DNA of 64,000 nt from a bacterium (lineage in GTDB: Bacteria > Patescibacteriota > Saccharimonadia > Saccharimonadales > SZUA-47), in the NCBI GenBank assembly GCA_030428125.1, contig JAUIBF010000001.1, forward strand, positions 234,383 to 298,382. The letters are read 5' to 3'. The first letter of the stretch is position 1. Each line of letters opens with the position of its first letter. Positions 41,015-50,283 of the stretch are shown here, piece after piece. The translations under genes were made by a program, and so were the position numbers. Under the pieces are notes generated by a model. The model was not told where the DNA came from. It worked only from the letters and a program-made list of their open reading frames with translations, and ran no database searches.

Positions 41015-41926
41015 GTGGCAAAAATGCACAAAAAGGTCTTTTTCAAAGACAAAATAATCGATAAAGAAAAAGCCAATTTAAGTATAGGTAGCTCAGCTGT
41101 ATTGTACGGTTTAAGTGTCTATACAGTATTCTCTGTTACTTTGGTGGGTGACAGAAAACTAGCCTTTAGACTTAAGGATCACTATCAAAGGCTGATTAAC
41201 TCTTCTAAAATTATTGGACTTGATGGCTTTGAAGAAAATTGGAGTTACGAAAGTTTCGTTGATATTACAAAGAAGTTGATAGAAAAAAATAAAGTAAAAA
41301 AAGACGTATATGTTCGAGCGACAGTACACGTTAATGCTGAAATTGCTGGTACAAAATCGCGAGGCCTACCTACAATTTTAAGTGTTTTCATATACGACGC
41401 TGTGCCCATATTGAGCTCAGAAGGCTGTCGGCTTAAGACCAGTACCTGGCGTAGAATACCAGACTATTCAATCCCATCTCGCGCTAAAGTAAATGGTGCA
41501 TATATAAACTCTGTCTTGGCCAAGCAAGAAGCTATAGATGCAGGTTTCGATGACTGTGTATTTCTTGACGGACATGGGCACGTTTGTGAACTGTCGGCGG
41601 CAAATATTTTCATTGTAAGGAACGGCAAGCTAATTACTCCTGACTCCACACAAGATTTGCTAGAGGGCATAAACAGAGACACAATAATTAAGCTTTCCAA
41701 AGAACATGATTTAACAGTCGTGGAAAGACCTATTGATTTGACCGAGCTGTACGTAGCAGATGAGGTTTTTGCTTGTGGTACGAGTGCCAATGTCGCTCCA
41801 GTTGTCGAAATCGACTCAAGAAAAGTTGGTGACGGTAAGCCTGGAAAAGTGACCAGAAAAGTCCAAGAATTTCACAAGCAGGCTCGACACAACCAGTCAA
41901 CACATAACTGGTTAACTGAAGTTTGA
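41015..41926 (+). CDS. class IV aminotransferase (IlvE/D-amino-acid aminotransferase family)
   Basis: Fold-type IV motifs (LYGLSVYTVF, KVNGAYINSVLAKQEA, ELSAANIFIV, EGINRDTII, EVFACGTSA). Its position after ddl suggests D-amino-acid supply; that is inference. Confidence 0.75.
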   Translation: MAKMHKKVFFKDKIIDKEKANLSIGSSAVLYGLSVYTVFSVTLVGDRKLAFRLKDHYQRLINSSKIIGLDGFEENWSYESFVDITKKLIEKNKVKKDVYVRATVHVNAEIAGTKSRGLPTILSVFIYDAVPILSSEGCRLKTSTWRRIPDYSIPSRAKVNGAYINSVLAKQEAIDAGFDDCVFLDGHGHVCELSAANIFIVRNGKLITPDSTQDLLEGINRDTIIKLSKEHDLTVVERPIDLTELYVADEVFACGTSANVAPVVEIDSRKVGDGKPGKVTRKVQEFHKQARHNQSTHNWLTEV

Positions 41927-41938
41927 TAGAATTTATGC

Positions 41939-42535
41939 ATGCTAGTTAATGCTGAAACGGGTTTTGTTCACGGGTTTGATATTTATAAAGAAGGATCCTC
42001 AGTTCCCGTAGATATTTTTGTTGGTCATGTCATTGTTGCAGATTGCAGTGTTATCTTGCCAGTCCACTCAAGGGATATGCTAATAGGATTGTCCACTCCA
42101 CTAGGAAGACCGATGCTGGCATCCCATCTTTCTGATAGGATTGAGACGCTAAAAAAACCAGTCAATGTAAACAAAGTTTACGCGGATCTTCAAGAGAGAT
42201 TTGAGGGGACGCCATTAGATGGTCATCTTGTAAGCTTAAGACCAGAAACAGGTGGCCGATCAACCTGGTACGGGATGGTAGATGAAGTTTCGGATGAAGC
42301 ATTGTTAGCATTCGCAAATGAGGGTGAAAGGATTGTCCGTGATTCGAAGACAAAAAAGGGGAAGAGCCTGGACAGACGCCTAGCTCCATTTGTATCATTG
42401 CGTGAATCAATAGATAACCCCGAGCTTGCTGACGAAATAGAAGCTAGTCATCATCTGGGTATTGCATTTGTTACCGCAGGCATTCTAACTTTAGGAACCG
42501 TAGCTACTATTGCGCTTATGAAGAGGGCTAAGTAG
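41939..42535 (+). CDS. hypothetical protein (orphan) with C-terminal TM anchor
   Basis: Long ORF with a C-terminal helix IAFVTAGILTLGTVATIALM. No motif recognised. Confidence 0.6.
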   Translation: MLVNAETGFVHGFDIYKEGSSVPVDIFVGHVIVADCSVILPVHSRDMLIGLSTPLGRPMLASHLSDRIETLKKPVNVNKVYADLQERFEGTPLDGHLVSLRPETGGRSTWYGMVDEVSDEALLAFANEGERIVRDSKTKKGKSLDRRLAPFVSLRESIDNPELADEIEASHHLGIAFVTAGILTLGTVATIALMKRAK

Positions 42536-42580
42536 CAAGTAGCTTGTGTTTAAAAAGAGAAAATATGTTTTTATATACTA

Positions 42581-43390
42581 ATGAGTAATTTTATTGCAGA
42601 GGTTAATCTGTGGAACGGAAGAGGCGCCGAAGGTAGACTGCGTGTGACTACTGGCTTTGAAGTCATGGCTGGCGACACAGTACTTAGCGATGTGAATGTG
42701 ATAGGTGGTTTGGCGATGGCTACGCTGATTAATCATCGAGACACACTTATTCCTAAAAGTGGTTTATTACCGTTAGTAGACACAATTGGGTTAGGGCACA
42801 ATCCACTTGATGATCTGGATCCTAAGTTAAATAGACAGAGTAAATTGACCAGAGGTGTTAATTCCTACAGAAGGGCACTACGTAACCCGTTTGCGAAGAA
42901 TGTCTTGCTGTTAGGGTCTGAAGTAGCTTCTGGGCAATGCTGGTATTTCGCAACTGACTTGAGAGACAAGGAGGCAGTTGTTGAATCAGTCACAAGACAG
43001 TCCGTAGAGGAGAGTGGTATCCCTGATGCTGACGCTGTAGTAAGGAGCGTTACGGAAATGTTCGACAAGAAAGGTTCTGGTCACCAAAGCACACCTAAGC
43101 CAAGAGTAGCTTGTTCAGACCGGCCCGAGGAACGGCTTAGGGGTTTTAGGGTGTTAAGACCGGCAACTGCAGCAGACAACAACGCTTTTTTAGACTTTAT
43201 CAAAGGAAGCGAGCCAGGTACTGAAATATCTGCATCTGCTATCGAGGCTTGGAAAGTAGCTAGGGGTATTAGCAGTATGGAGACAGATAAAATTCTCTTC
43301 GTTGCTAGTGGGTTAGATCTGGTTAGGTACAATACAAGGCCTCCAGAAAAACCAGGAAGCTCCTCAGAAGTTATATTTATACGGCAATAA
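42581..43390 (+). CDS. hypothetical protein (orphan, 269 aa)
   Basis: Long ORF. No motif recognised. Confidence 0.6.
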   Translation: MSNFIAEVNLWNGRGAEGRLRVTTGFEVMAGDTVLSDVNVIGGLAMATLINHRDTLIPKSGLLPLVDTIGLGHNPLDDLDPKLNRQSKLTRGVNSYRRALRNPFAKNVLLLGSEVASGQCWYFATDLRDKEAVVESVTRQSVEESGIPDADAVVRSVTEMFDKKGSGHQSTPKPRVACSDRPEERLRGFRVLRPATAADNNAFLDFIKGSEPGTEISASAIEAWKVARGISSMETDKILFVASGLDLVRYNTRPPEKPGSSSEVIFIRQ

Positions 43391-43453
43391 AAAAATGGCA
43401 AATCTATACAACAAAACACGCAAATTATAAATCCCAGGGACACATCGGAATGG

Positions 43454-43740
43454 ATGCCTTTTGGGGTCTGTAGAGCATATCCAACAGAAACCTTTTTTCC
43501 TTCAGATGGTGTCGGTGTCGATAATGCAATAAAAATATGTCGGGGGGTGGTGGTGGTGGAGTTATAGATGCTTGTTTGGAGTATGCTTTATCCGAAAGAA
43601 TTGAACATGGAGTATGGGGTGGAGAATCAGAAAGAGGAAGAAGACGTATTTTACGTAATCGTCGAGCTACTGCAAACCAAGCGATGGTTAGTACTGAGGT
43701 GTCAGTTAGTAAAGTACCACCGGATACAGCTAATTTTTAG
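43454..43740 (+). pseudogene. WhiB-like (Wbl) gene with a reading-frame break in a G6(TGG)4 tract
   Basis: Frame 2 reads (W)MPFGVCRAYPTETFFPSDGVGVDNAIKIC. Frame 1, from 43537, reads ...VIDACLEYALSERIEHGVWGGESERGRRRILRNRR. Together these give the Wbl pattern C-x22-C...C plus GVWGG and a basic tail. The switch lies at 43542-43559. Confidence 0.65.
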
Positions 43741-43775
43741 TTTTTCAGGTAAGAAGTTATACTAGTATCTGATTT

Positions 43776-46250
43776 ATGAAGAGATTTGAACCAAAAGTAA
43801 TTGAGCCGAAATGGCAAAAAATATGGGCTGAAAATGCAACGTATGAAACATCGGAAGATTCAGACAAGCCCAAAATTTATGCTACGCCGATGCTTCCATA
43901 TCCGAGTGGGACCGGTTTGCATACGGGCCATGTTCGTAATTATTCGATAACTGATGCCGTTGCTCGTTTTTATAGACAGAATGGTCACAATACCCTAACT
44001 ACAATGGCTTGGGACTCATTTGGATTACCGGCTGAAAACTACGCGATTAAAACTGGTACTCCACCAGCAGAATCAACAGCAAAGAACATTGCATATTTTA
44101 AAAAACAGCTTTTGACGCTTGGTATGAGCTACGACTGGTCTAGAGAGTTCGATACGTCAGATCCAAGTTATTACAAGTGGACACAATGGGTGTTTGCTTT
44201 GATGTACAAGCAAGGTCTTGCTTACAAGGCTGAAAAACAGCAGTGGTGGTGCGAAAAATGTAACACCGTGCTTGCTGATGAGCAGGTAATAGCCGGGAAG
44301 TGTTGGCGACACGACGGAGAAGATGACCCTCTGGTCAACAAGCGACCATTATCACAATGGTTTTTCAAAATTACAGATTACGTGGATGATATCCTGGAAT
44401 CAACTGACGAGCTAAACTGGCCAGAAAAAATCAAAACTATGCAGAAAAACTGGATTGGTCGCTCTGAAGGTACAGTAGTGAACTTCAAGTTATCAGGGCT
44501 TGGTGCTGACAAGCATCATCTGGACGTGTTCACCACTGCTATCGAGACCATATACGGTACGACGTTCATGGTTGTAGCGCCAGAACACCCTATCGTTGGC
44601 GAATTTGGTCAACTTGCAGAAAACGCCCAAGAAGTTCAAGATTACGTGGAAAAATCTTTGCGAAAAAGTGAACTTGATCGCGAAACAGACAAAGTAAAAA
44701 CTGGAATTCAGATCGATGGCCTAAAGGCTGTGAACCCATTGAACGGAGAAGAAATTCCGGTTTGGATTGCAGACTACGTACTAATGGGCTACGGAAGTGG
44801 TGCAATTATGGCAGTCCCAGGTGAGGACGAGCGTGACTTTGAATTCGCCAAAAAGTATGATTTGCCAATTATTTATACGACCGACAGAAACGAATTTGTT
44901 AATTACGGAAAAGACATTAAACCCAACAGAGCAGGTTACAAGATGGCAAATTCTGGTGAGTTTGATGGGTTAGATTTAGAAGCTGCCAGAGATGCAATTG
45001 TTAATAAACTTATCGATGAAAATTTAGGTGAGCAAAAAGTTCACTACAAAATTCGCGACTGGTTAGTCAGCAGGCAGCGATATTGGGGCGCTCCAGTGCC
45101 GATTATTTATTGTCCCGAGCACGGCGAAGTTTTGGTTCCCGAAGACAAATTACCGGTAGAGCTTCCAAAGGTAGATAACTATGTGCCAGATGGTAAAAAT
45201 TCGTCAGTTCTTGCAGGGGTAGAAGACTGGGTAAATACAACTTGTCCAGAATGTGATAAGCCTGCAAAACGCGAAACAGACACCATGGATGGCTATGTTT
45301 GCAGTACCTGGTATTTGCATCGCTACACAGACGCGCAAAATGCAAGCCAGGCATTTAACCCAGAAAAATCAAATTACTGGTTCCCGATTGATTTTTACTT
45401 TGGTGCAGATCACGCGGTTGCGCACTTGCTATACATTAGATTTTTCCAGAGAGTATTGGTCGATGCAGGTTTAGCAGATGATAAAGAACCTGTGAAGAGG
45501 CTGGTTTACAACGGTTACATCAATGCAGAAGATGGAACGAAAATGAGCAAGAGCAAAGGCAATACAGTTGATCCGATGGATATTATCGAGTCAGGCTATG
45601 GAGCTGATGCGTTGCGTGTGTTTGAGTTGTTTATTGCGCCATATGATCAGGACACAAGCTGGAACAGTAACGGGGTACCGGGTGCTTATAGATTCTTGAA
45701 TCGAGTTTGGGTTTTGCTTCAGGAGTATCTAGAAGATAAAAATTCTGAACCTGCCACACCAGAAGAAATTTTGCGTAGTTGCCATAAAATGATTGCTAAA
45801 GTTACTGATGACATTAAGAATCTAGGTTTTAACACCGCAGTATCTTCGATGATGACAGCAGTAAATGAGCTGTATCTGCTTAAAGCACAGCATGGATATG
45901 GGGACAGAGAAGAATGGAAGTTTGCACTAGAAAGCTTTGCGCAATTGCTGGGTCCATTTGCTCCACACATAGCTGAAGAAATGTGGCATGAACTGGGCCA
46001 TGAGGACTCGGTGCATATTGATAATTGGCCGAAACATGATGAAAAGTATTTAGCCGAAGATACTCTTACAATTGCCGTGCAGGTAAACGGAAAGGTTAGA
46101 GCAGAAATTAACATCCCGGCTGATGCAGGCAAGGACTTTGTCGAATCTGAAGCGATGAAACAAGAAAATGTTGCAGCTCATATGGAAGGCAAGCAAGTGG
46201 TTAAATTCATCTACGTTCCTGGCAAAATCGCTAATATAGTTGTTAAATAG
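43776..46250 (+). CDS. leuS: leucine--tRNA ligase
   Basis: HIGH-type motif (LHTGHVRNY), KMSKS, CP1 editing domain. 824 aa. Confidence 0.97.
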   Translation: MKRFEPKVIEPKWQKIWAENATYETSEDSDKPKIYATPMLPYPSGTGLHTGHVRNYSITDAVARFYRQNGHNTLTTMAWDSFGLPAENYAIKTGTPPAESTAKNIAYFKKQLLTLGMSYDWSREFDTSDPSYYKWTQWVFALMYKQGLAYKAEKQQWWCEKCNTVLADEQVIAGKCWRHDGEDDPLVNKRPLSQWFFKITDYVDDILESTDELNWPEKIKTMQKNWIGRSEGTVVNFKLSGLGADKHHLDVFTTAIETIYGTTFMVVAPEHPIVGEFGQLAENAQEVQDYVEKSLRKSELDRETDKVKTGIQIDGLKAVNPLNGEEIPVWIADYVLMGYGSGAIMAVPGEDERDFEFAKKYDLPIIYTTDRNEFVNYGKDIKPNRAGYKMANSGEFDGLDLEAARDAIVNKLIDENLGEQKVHYKIRDWLVSRQRYWGAPVPIIYCPEHGEVLVPEDKLPVELPKVDNYVPDGKNSSVLAGVEDWVNTTCPECDKPAKRETDTMDGYVCSTWYLHRYTDAQNASQAFNPEKSNYWFPIDFYFGADHAVAHLLYIRFFQRVLVDAGLADDKEPVKRLVYNGYINAEDGTKMSKSKGNTVDPMDIIESGYGADALRVFELFIAPYDQDTSWNSNGVPGAYRFLNRVWVLLQEYLEDKNSEPATPEEILRSCHKMIAKVTDDIKNLGFNTAVSSMMTAVNELYLLKAQHGYGDREEWKFALESFAQLLGPFAPHIAEEMWHELGHEDSVHIDNWPKHDEKYLAEDTLTIAVQVNGKVRAEINIPADAGKDFVESEAMKQENVAAHMEGKQVVKFIYVPGKIANIVVK

Positions 46251-46340
46251 TCTTTCTTTCATTTGTGCATATGCTCTAAAACAGGTATAATTAAAGGCAA
46301 TATTTCAGAATAAATTTGAGGAAGGAGCAGGTGCACACCC

Positions 46341-46493
46341 GTGGGTAAACCTAAGAAACGAACTAGCGCGCGTAAAACCGGTCTTCGCAGAAGTCACATT
46401 GTATTGGACTTAGCAAAGAAAGTTAACGCAAAATCTCCGGTAAAAGCCCGGACTACTACCAAGCAATCTGGTAAAAAACTAGCTGCAAAATAG
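46341..46493 (+). CDS. rpmF: ribosomal protein L32 (50 aa, below ORF-track cutoff)
   Basis: GTG start. Translation (M)GKPKKRTSARKTGLRRSHIVLDL... matches the L32 K-[KR]-x-T-S...RR-x-H pattern. AGGTG Shine-Dalgarno-like sequence 7 nt upstream. Confidence 0.75.
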   Translation: MGKPKKRTSARKTGLRRSHIVLDLAKKVNAKSPVKARTTTKQSGKKLAAK

Positions 46494-46552
46494 TTAGTTT
46501 ATTTTAAACTTTACAATTTAATACCGCAATCTACTTAAAAAAGAGGTGAAAA

Positions 46553-47017
46553 ATGGCTTCAAACCGACACTTAGGAAGAATCGTCGCTCTGCAGACACTG
46601 TATGAGCTTGATTTTCGGACTGAAGTAGAAGAGAAAGACCTCGATAAAAAAGCAGTATTAAAGCGAAACATTGACCGATATAGTGAAGTAGTGGATGATC
46701 AGGAGTTTATTAGCGCACTAGTTGATGGAGTTTTGAGTCGTCAAGATGAGCTAGATGGGATTATTCAGCCAATCGCACCAGAATGGCCACTTGCGCAGAT
46801 AGCAAGGATCGACCGAGCAGTTTTGCGTATAGGTGTCTACGAGCTATTGTACAACCAGTCCGTACCATCTAAAGTAGTTATTAACGAAGCAGTTGAACTA
46901 GCTAAAAGTTTTGGAGCAGATAATTCTAGTAAATTCGTAAATGGCGTCTTAGGAACAGCCTACAAGCAGGTGGAGAAGGATTCAAAGCCGGCTAAAAGTA
47001 CCACAGGGAAAAAATGA
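46553..47017 (+). CDS. nusB: transcription antitermination factor NusB
   Basis: [14 protein letters not shown]-terminus, [26 protein letters not shown]. Confidence 0.9.
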   Translation: MASNRHLGRIVALQTLYELDFRTEVEEKDLDKKAVLKRNIDRYSEVVDDQEFISALVDGVLSRQDELDGIIQPIAPEWPLAQIARIDRAVLRIGVYELLYNQSVPSKVVINEAVELAKSFGADNSSKFVNGVLGTAYKQVEKDSKPAKSTTGKK

Positions 47018-47517
47018 GCATGAAAAGACCAAAACCCCTAAAAGCTTTCAAAAAAATTGTTAAAAATCGCCGCCCAGCAATTTCAGAAGTTGTTAAGGAA
47101 CCTACTGCAGGTGGTGTCGTATGGCGCCGTACGGACAGAGGTGTTATTGAAATTCTGTTGATTCAAGACGCGAAAGAGCGTTGGACAATCCCTAAGGGCC
47201 ACATAGAAGAGGGCGAGACTGCAAAGCAGACTGCCGAACGTGAAATTAACGAAGAAACTGGTTTGAAGCAAATGGAAATGCAAGGTTTCTTAGGTAAAAT
47301 TAATTTTCGTTACCGTAGGCAGCAGAGTCTAGTGCTGATGACCACAGACATATTCCTGGTAAAAGCTAAGGGCGATACCGATGACATAACTCCAGAGGAA
47401 TGGATGAAGGGTATTCGATGGTTCCCGGCAACTGATGCGCTGGACAAAATTGAATACGAAGACATAGGTAAACTAATTTTAATCGGCTTGCAGAAGATAA
47501 GGAAGAACAAGCTCTAA
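47014..47517 (+). CDS. NUDIX hydrolase
   Basis: Nudix box [23 protein letters not shown]. Confidence 0.85.
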   Translation: MSMKRPKPLKAFKKIVKNRRPAISEVVKEPTAGGVVWRRTDRGVIEILLIQDAKERWTIPKGHIEEGETAKQTAEREINEETGLKQMEMQGFLGKINFRYRRQQSLVLMTTDIFLVKAKGDTDDITPEEWMKGIRWFPATDALDKIEYEDIGKLILIGLQKIRKNKL

Positions 47518-47521
47518 ATTT

Positions 47522-48223
47522 ATGCAGCAACAAGTTAAAAAATACATAGATTTTGCGCGAGACACTCTTGGACTAACCTTTAAAGACGTGCAGCTACTAA
47601 TGACAGCATTTACTCACAGGAGCTATGTCAACGAGCATAAAAAGTCAGTAAAGGAACACAACGAACGGCTAGAGTTCCTTGGCGATGCTGTTTTGGAGCT
47701 AGTAGTTACAGACTTCTTGTTCGATAATCATGATGAACAAGAAGGTGTTCTGACTAACTGGCGCAGTGCACTAGTTCGTACAGAGAGTATCGGTGCTGCT
47801 GCGCATAAGTTAGGTTTTGAAGAAATGTTACGTCTAAGTAAGGGCGAAAAACGCGGCTCAGAAAGAGCTAGGCTACAGATTCTCGCAAACTCTTACGAGG
47901 CAGTAGTTGGCGCAATTTACCTTGACCAAGGGTACGAGGCTGCAGAAAAATTTATCACTAACTCCGTTATTAAAACATTCGATAATATCTTAGAAACCGG
48001 CTCATGGCTTGATCCTAAATCTAAATATCAGGAGGTAGTACAAAGCGACGAAGGCTTCACCCCTCAGTACAAGGTCTTAAGCGAAGAAGGGCCAGATCAC
48101 GACAAGGTGTTTACCGTGGGTGTGTTCGTAAATGACGACTTGCGCGCTAAAGGAACTGGACCAAGCAAGCAAAATGCTCAAGTAACAGCTGCCGAAAAAG
48201 CCCTCAAAAAACACAAATCTTAA
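47522..48223 (+). CDS. rnc: ribonuclease III
   Basis: Signature NERLEFLGDAVLE and a C-terminal dsRBD (PKSKYQEVVQ...HDKVFTV). Confidence 0.93.
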   Translation: MQQQVKKYIDFARDTLGLTFKDVQLLMTAFTHRSYVNEHKKSVKEHNERLEFLGDAVLELVVTDFLFDNHDEQEGVLTNWRSALVRTESIGAAAHKLGFEEMLRLSKGEKRGSERARLQILANSYEAVVGAIYLDQGYEAAEKFITNSVIKTFDNILETGSWLDPKSKYQEVVQSDEGFTPQYKVLSEEGPDHDKVFTVGVFVNDDLRAKGTGPSKQNAQVTAAEKALKKHKS

Positions 48224-48269
48224 ACTTCTCATGCTTGCAGTTTGCAATGTCCTGTAGGAATATTATCTG

Positions 48270-48932
48270 ATGGGAAATATTGAAATTGCTCCAGAGCTTG
48301 ATAGGAGCTTAACTGCACTCCAGGTCTTTAGACGTTTACATGTTGCAGCAGAAGTTCCGTTTGAAACAGCAGCCGAACTACAGGGAATCGATCTTCAGGA
48401 TACCAGCACCTGTCGGGTGTCACCACAGGTTGGCAATACTGCTGTTTTGATGACAAGATTTCTAGATAGAAGTTACGGTAGTAAGCATAGGATGATACGT
48501 ACAATACACTTGCAACCAACAAACTCTAGTGTACCTTTAATGCAAGTCAATAGAGTCGGAAACAATGGTTCATATGTGGCACGTAGTGTTCAGGCATATC
48601 CACACCTTGAGATAAATGGATTGCGAGTGTACTCTTCTCGTCTGGATAGCGAAGAAGTAGTCTTCAATTTCGATGTATTGCGAAAATCAGCAGAAGAACT
48701 AGCTAAGCAGTCTCGGACTTTAATTCCTGTCGGATATGGCAGAGTTGTTGCTGCTGATGGAATGACACTTGACGAAATGACTGAAGAGGACTTTGCGACC
48801 GTAAACTCTGTTAATAGAGTGATTAGGATTACTGCCGCTGCGGCAGTAACTGCTTTGGGTGGCGCCAATCAAAGACATCTACTTGACGAGATGAACCTTA
48901 CAGCTAGAACTTCGGTTTCCTTGTCCGAGTAG
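48270..48932 (+). CDS. hypothetical protein (orphan, 220 aa, 3 Lys)
   Basis: Long ORF between rnc and rpsP. No motif recognised. Confidence 0.55.
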   Translation: MGNIEIAPELDRSLTALQVFRRLHVAAEVPFETAAELQGIDLQDTSTCRVSPQVGNTAVLMTRFLDRSYGSKHRMIRTIHLQPTNSSVPLMQVNRVGNNGSYVARSVQAYPHLEINGLRVYSSRLDSEEVVFNFDVLRKSAEELAKQSRTLIPVGYGRVVAADGMTLDEMTEEDFATVNSVNRVIRITAAAAVTALGGANQRHLLDEMNLTARTSVSLSE

Positions 48933-48957
48933 TCTGCTCCGTATGTCTTCAATATAA

Positions 48958-48986
48958 TTGACATTTTCTACCTCTGTTGTTATACT
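48958..48986 (+). promoter_or_regulatory. promoter TTGACA-17-TATACT (with TGn) for rpsP
   Basis: TTGACA at 48958-48963 and TGTTATACT at 48978-48986. Confidence 0.6.
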
Positions 48987-49032
48987 ATTTTGAGTATAAA
49001 ATTTAAGTTAAAGACAGGAAGATAACCGAAAC

Positions 49033-49521
49033 ATGCTTACTATCCGTATGCAGCGTACTGGCCGTAAAGGTCTAGCAAATTTCCGTGTTGTTGTGCAGGA
49101 TTCCAAATTCTCACCGACTAGCGGGCGTGTTGTGACTCAGTTGGGTCACTACAATCCACACACTAAAGAGACTGTTCTTGATAAAGAAGAGACTGAAAAA
49201 TATTTGAAGAACGGAGCGCAGCCATCACCGCGTGTCGTAAAACTTCTAGAGGAACAAAAAGTAAAATTACCGGAGTGGGTAGAGAAGTCAGCTACTGACA
49301 AGAAGCGAGCAATCCGAAACCCTGAAAAACTTCGAAAGAATCAACCAAAAGAAGAAGTAGTCGAAGAAGCTCCAGCTGAAGAGCCTATGGCAGAAGCTCC
49401 TGAAGCAACTGAAGAAGCTACAGCTCCTGAAGCAGAAGAAAAAGCTCCTGAAGCAACTGAAGAAGTGTCCGAAACACCAGCAGAAAAGTCTGCTGAAGAA
49501 GAAAAGCCAGCAGAAGCTTAA
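49033..49521 (+). CDS. rpsP: ribosomal protein S16 with long acidic Ala/Glu/Pro-rich C-terminal extension
   Basis: MLTIRMQRTGRKGLANFRVVV and GHYNP core, then roughly 70 aa of EEAPAEE-type low complexity. Confidence 0.9.
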   Translation: MLTIRMQRTGRKGLANFRVVVQDSKFSPTSGRVVTQLGHYNPHTKETVLDKEETEKYLKNGAQPSPRVVKLLEEQKVKLPEWVEKSATDKKRAIRNPEKLRKNQPKEEVVEEAPAEEPMAEAPEATEEATAPEAEEKAPEATEEVSETPAEKSAEEEKPAEA

Positions 49522-49620
49522 AAACTCGCGCATTTTATTTTTGTTTTACAAAAACTTAACAACCAGAAATTAACGAAAGGAGCGCCTGCGCTTAAATTAA
49601 AAGCGTAAGCGAATTAGAGA

Positions 49621-50085
49621 ATGTCTGATAACAAAACAATCGACCAGCAATTTATAGAATATGTGGTCCAATCACTTGTAAGTAACCCGGATGCTGTAGT
49701 CGTTGAGCGAACTATTGATGAAAAAGGTGTATTACTAACTCTTACAGTAGACCCAGAAGATCTAGGGCGAGTAATTGGTAAAAGGGGTGCAACTGCACAA
49801 AGCCTGCGTACTCTGCTGCGTGCACTTGGCACAAAACAAGAAGCTCGATTCAACCTTAAAATTGTAGACAACGGCGAACCTAAGCCTGAGCGACAGTCAA
49901 AAGGTTCAGGCGATGGATGGGCTTCAGCGCCATCTAGCTCAAATGACGAAAGCTCTAATGAAGTAGAAGCTGAAGAAGATACAACGTCAGCTGCAGAAGA
50001 CGCAGCAAACGATAGTGGCGAAGAAGAATCTGCAGTAGAGCGAACTCGACGCGAACTAGAAGATCTTGATGATCTTGATGTCTAG
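49621..50085 (+). CDS. khpA: KH-domain RNA-binding protein (KhpA/YlqC-like) with acidic C-terminal extension
   Basis: VQSLVSNPDAVVVE...GRVIGKRGATAQSLRTLL (GxxG KH motif). Classic position after rpsP. Confidence 0.8.
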   Translation: MSDNKTIDQQFIEYVVQSLVSNPDAVVVERTIDEKGVLLTLTVDPEDLGRVIGKRGATAQSLRTLLRALGTKQEARFNLKIVDNGEPKPERQSKGSGDGWASAPSSSNDESSNEVEAEEDTTSAAEDAANDSGEEESAVERTRRELEDLDDLDV

Positions 50086-50108
50086 AAAGTAAACTAAGAT
50101 ATTGATTG

Positions 50109-50134
50109 AAGAGCTCCTCGGAGCTCTTTTATTA
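50109..50134 (+). terminator. rho-independent terminator after the KH-domain gene
   Basis: Stem AGAGCTC/GAGCTCT around CTCG, followed by TTTTATT. Confidence 0.7.
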
Positions 50135-50149
50135 TGTATTGAAATCGGA

Positions 50150-50177
50150 TTTAAATCGGAGTTAACTCCGATTTAAA
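50150..50177. repeat. perfect 28-bp palindrome TTTAAATCGGAGTT|AACTCCGATTTAAA, plus an extra half-site AAATCGGA at 50142-50149
   Basis: Read directly from the sequence: the reverse complement of the left 14 nt equals the right 14 nt. Confidence 0.85.
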
Positions 50178-50248
50178 GTGAAATAACAGATTAAAATTTG
50201 TACATACTGAACTGAGACCGGATTAATACCAAGGAACAATTATTTAAC

Positions 50249-50277
50249 TTGCTTATGCATAGTTTGTCTGGTATCAT
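50249..50277 (+). promoter_or_regulatory. promoter TTGCTT-17-TATCAT for the candidate ncRNA
   Basis: TTGCTT at 50249-50254, a 17-nt spacer, TATCAT at 50272-50277. Confidence 0.45.
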
Positions 50278-50283
50278 CTGATT

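Noticed and set aside
43568-43765. A 65-aa plus-strand ORF in a third frame over the WhiB-like region
   Set aside because: The Wbl motifs lie in the other two frames, and this frame has no recognisable features.
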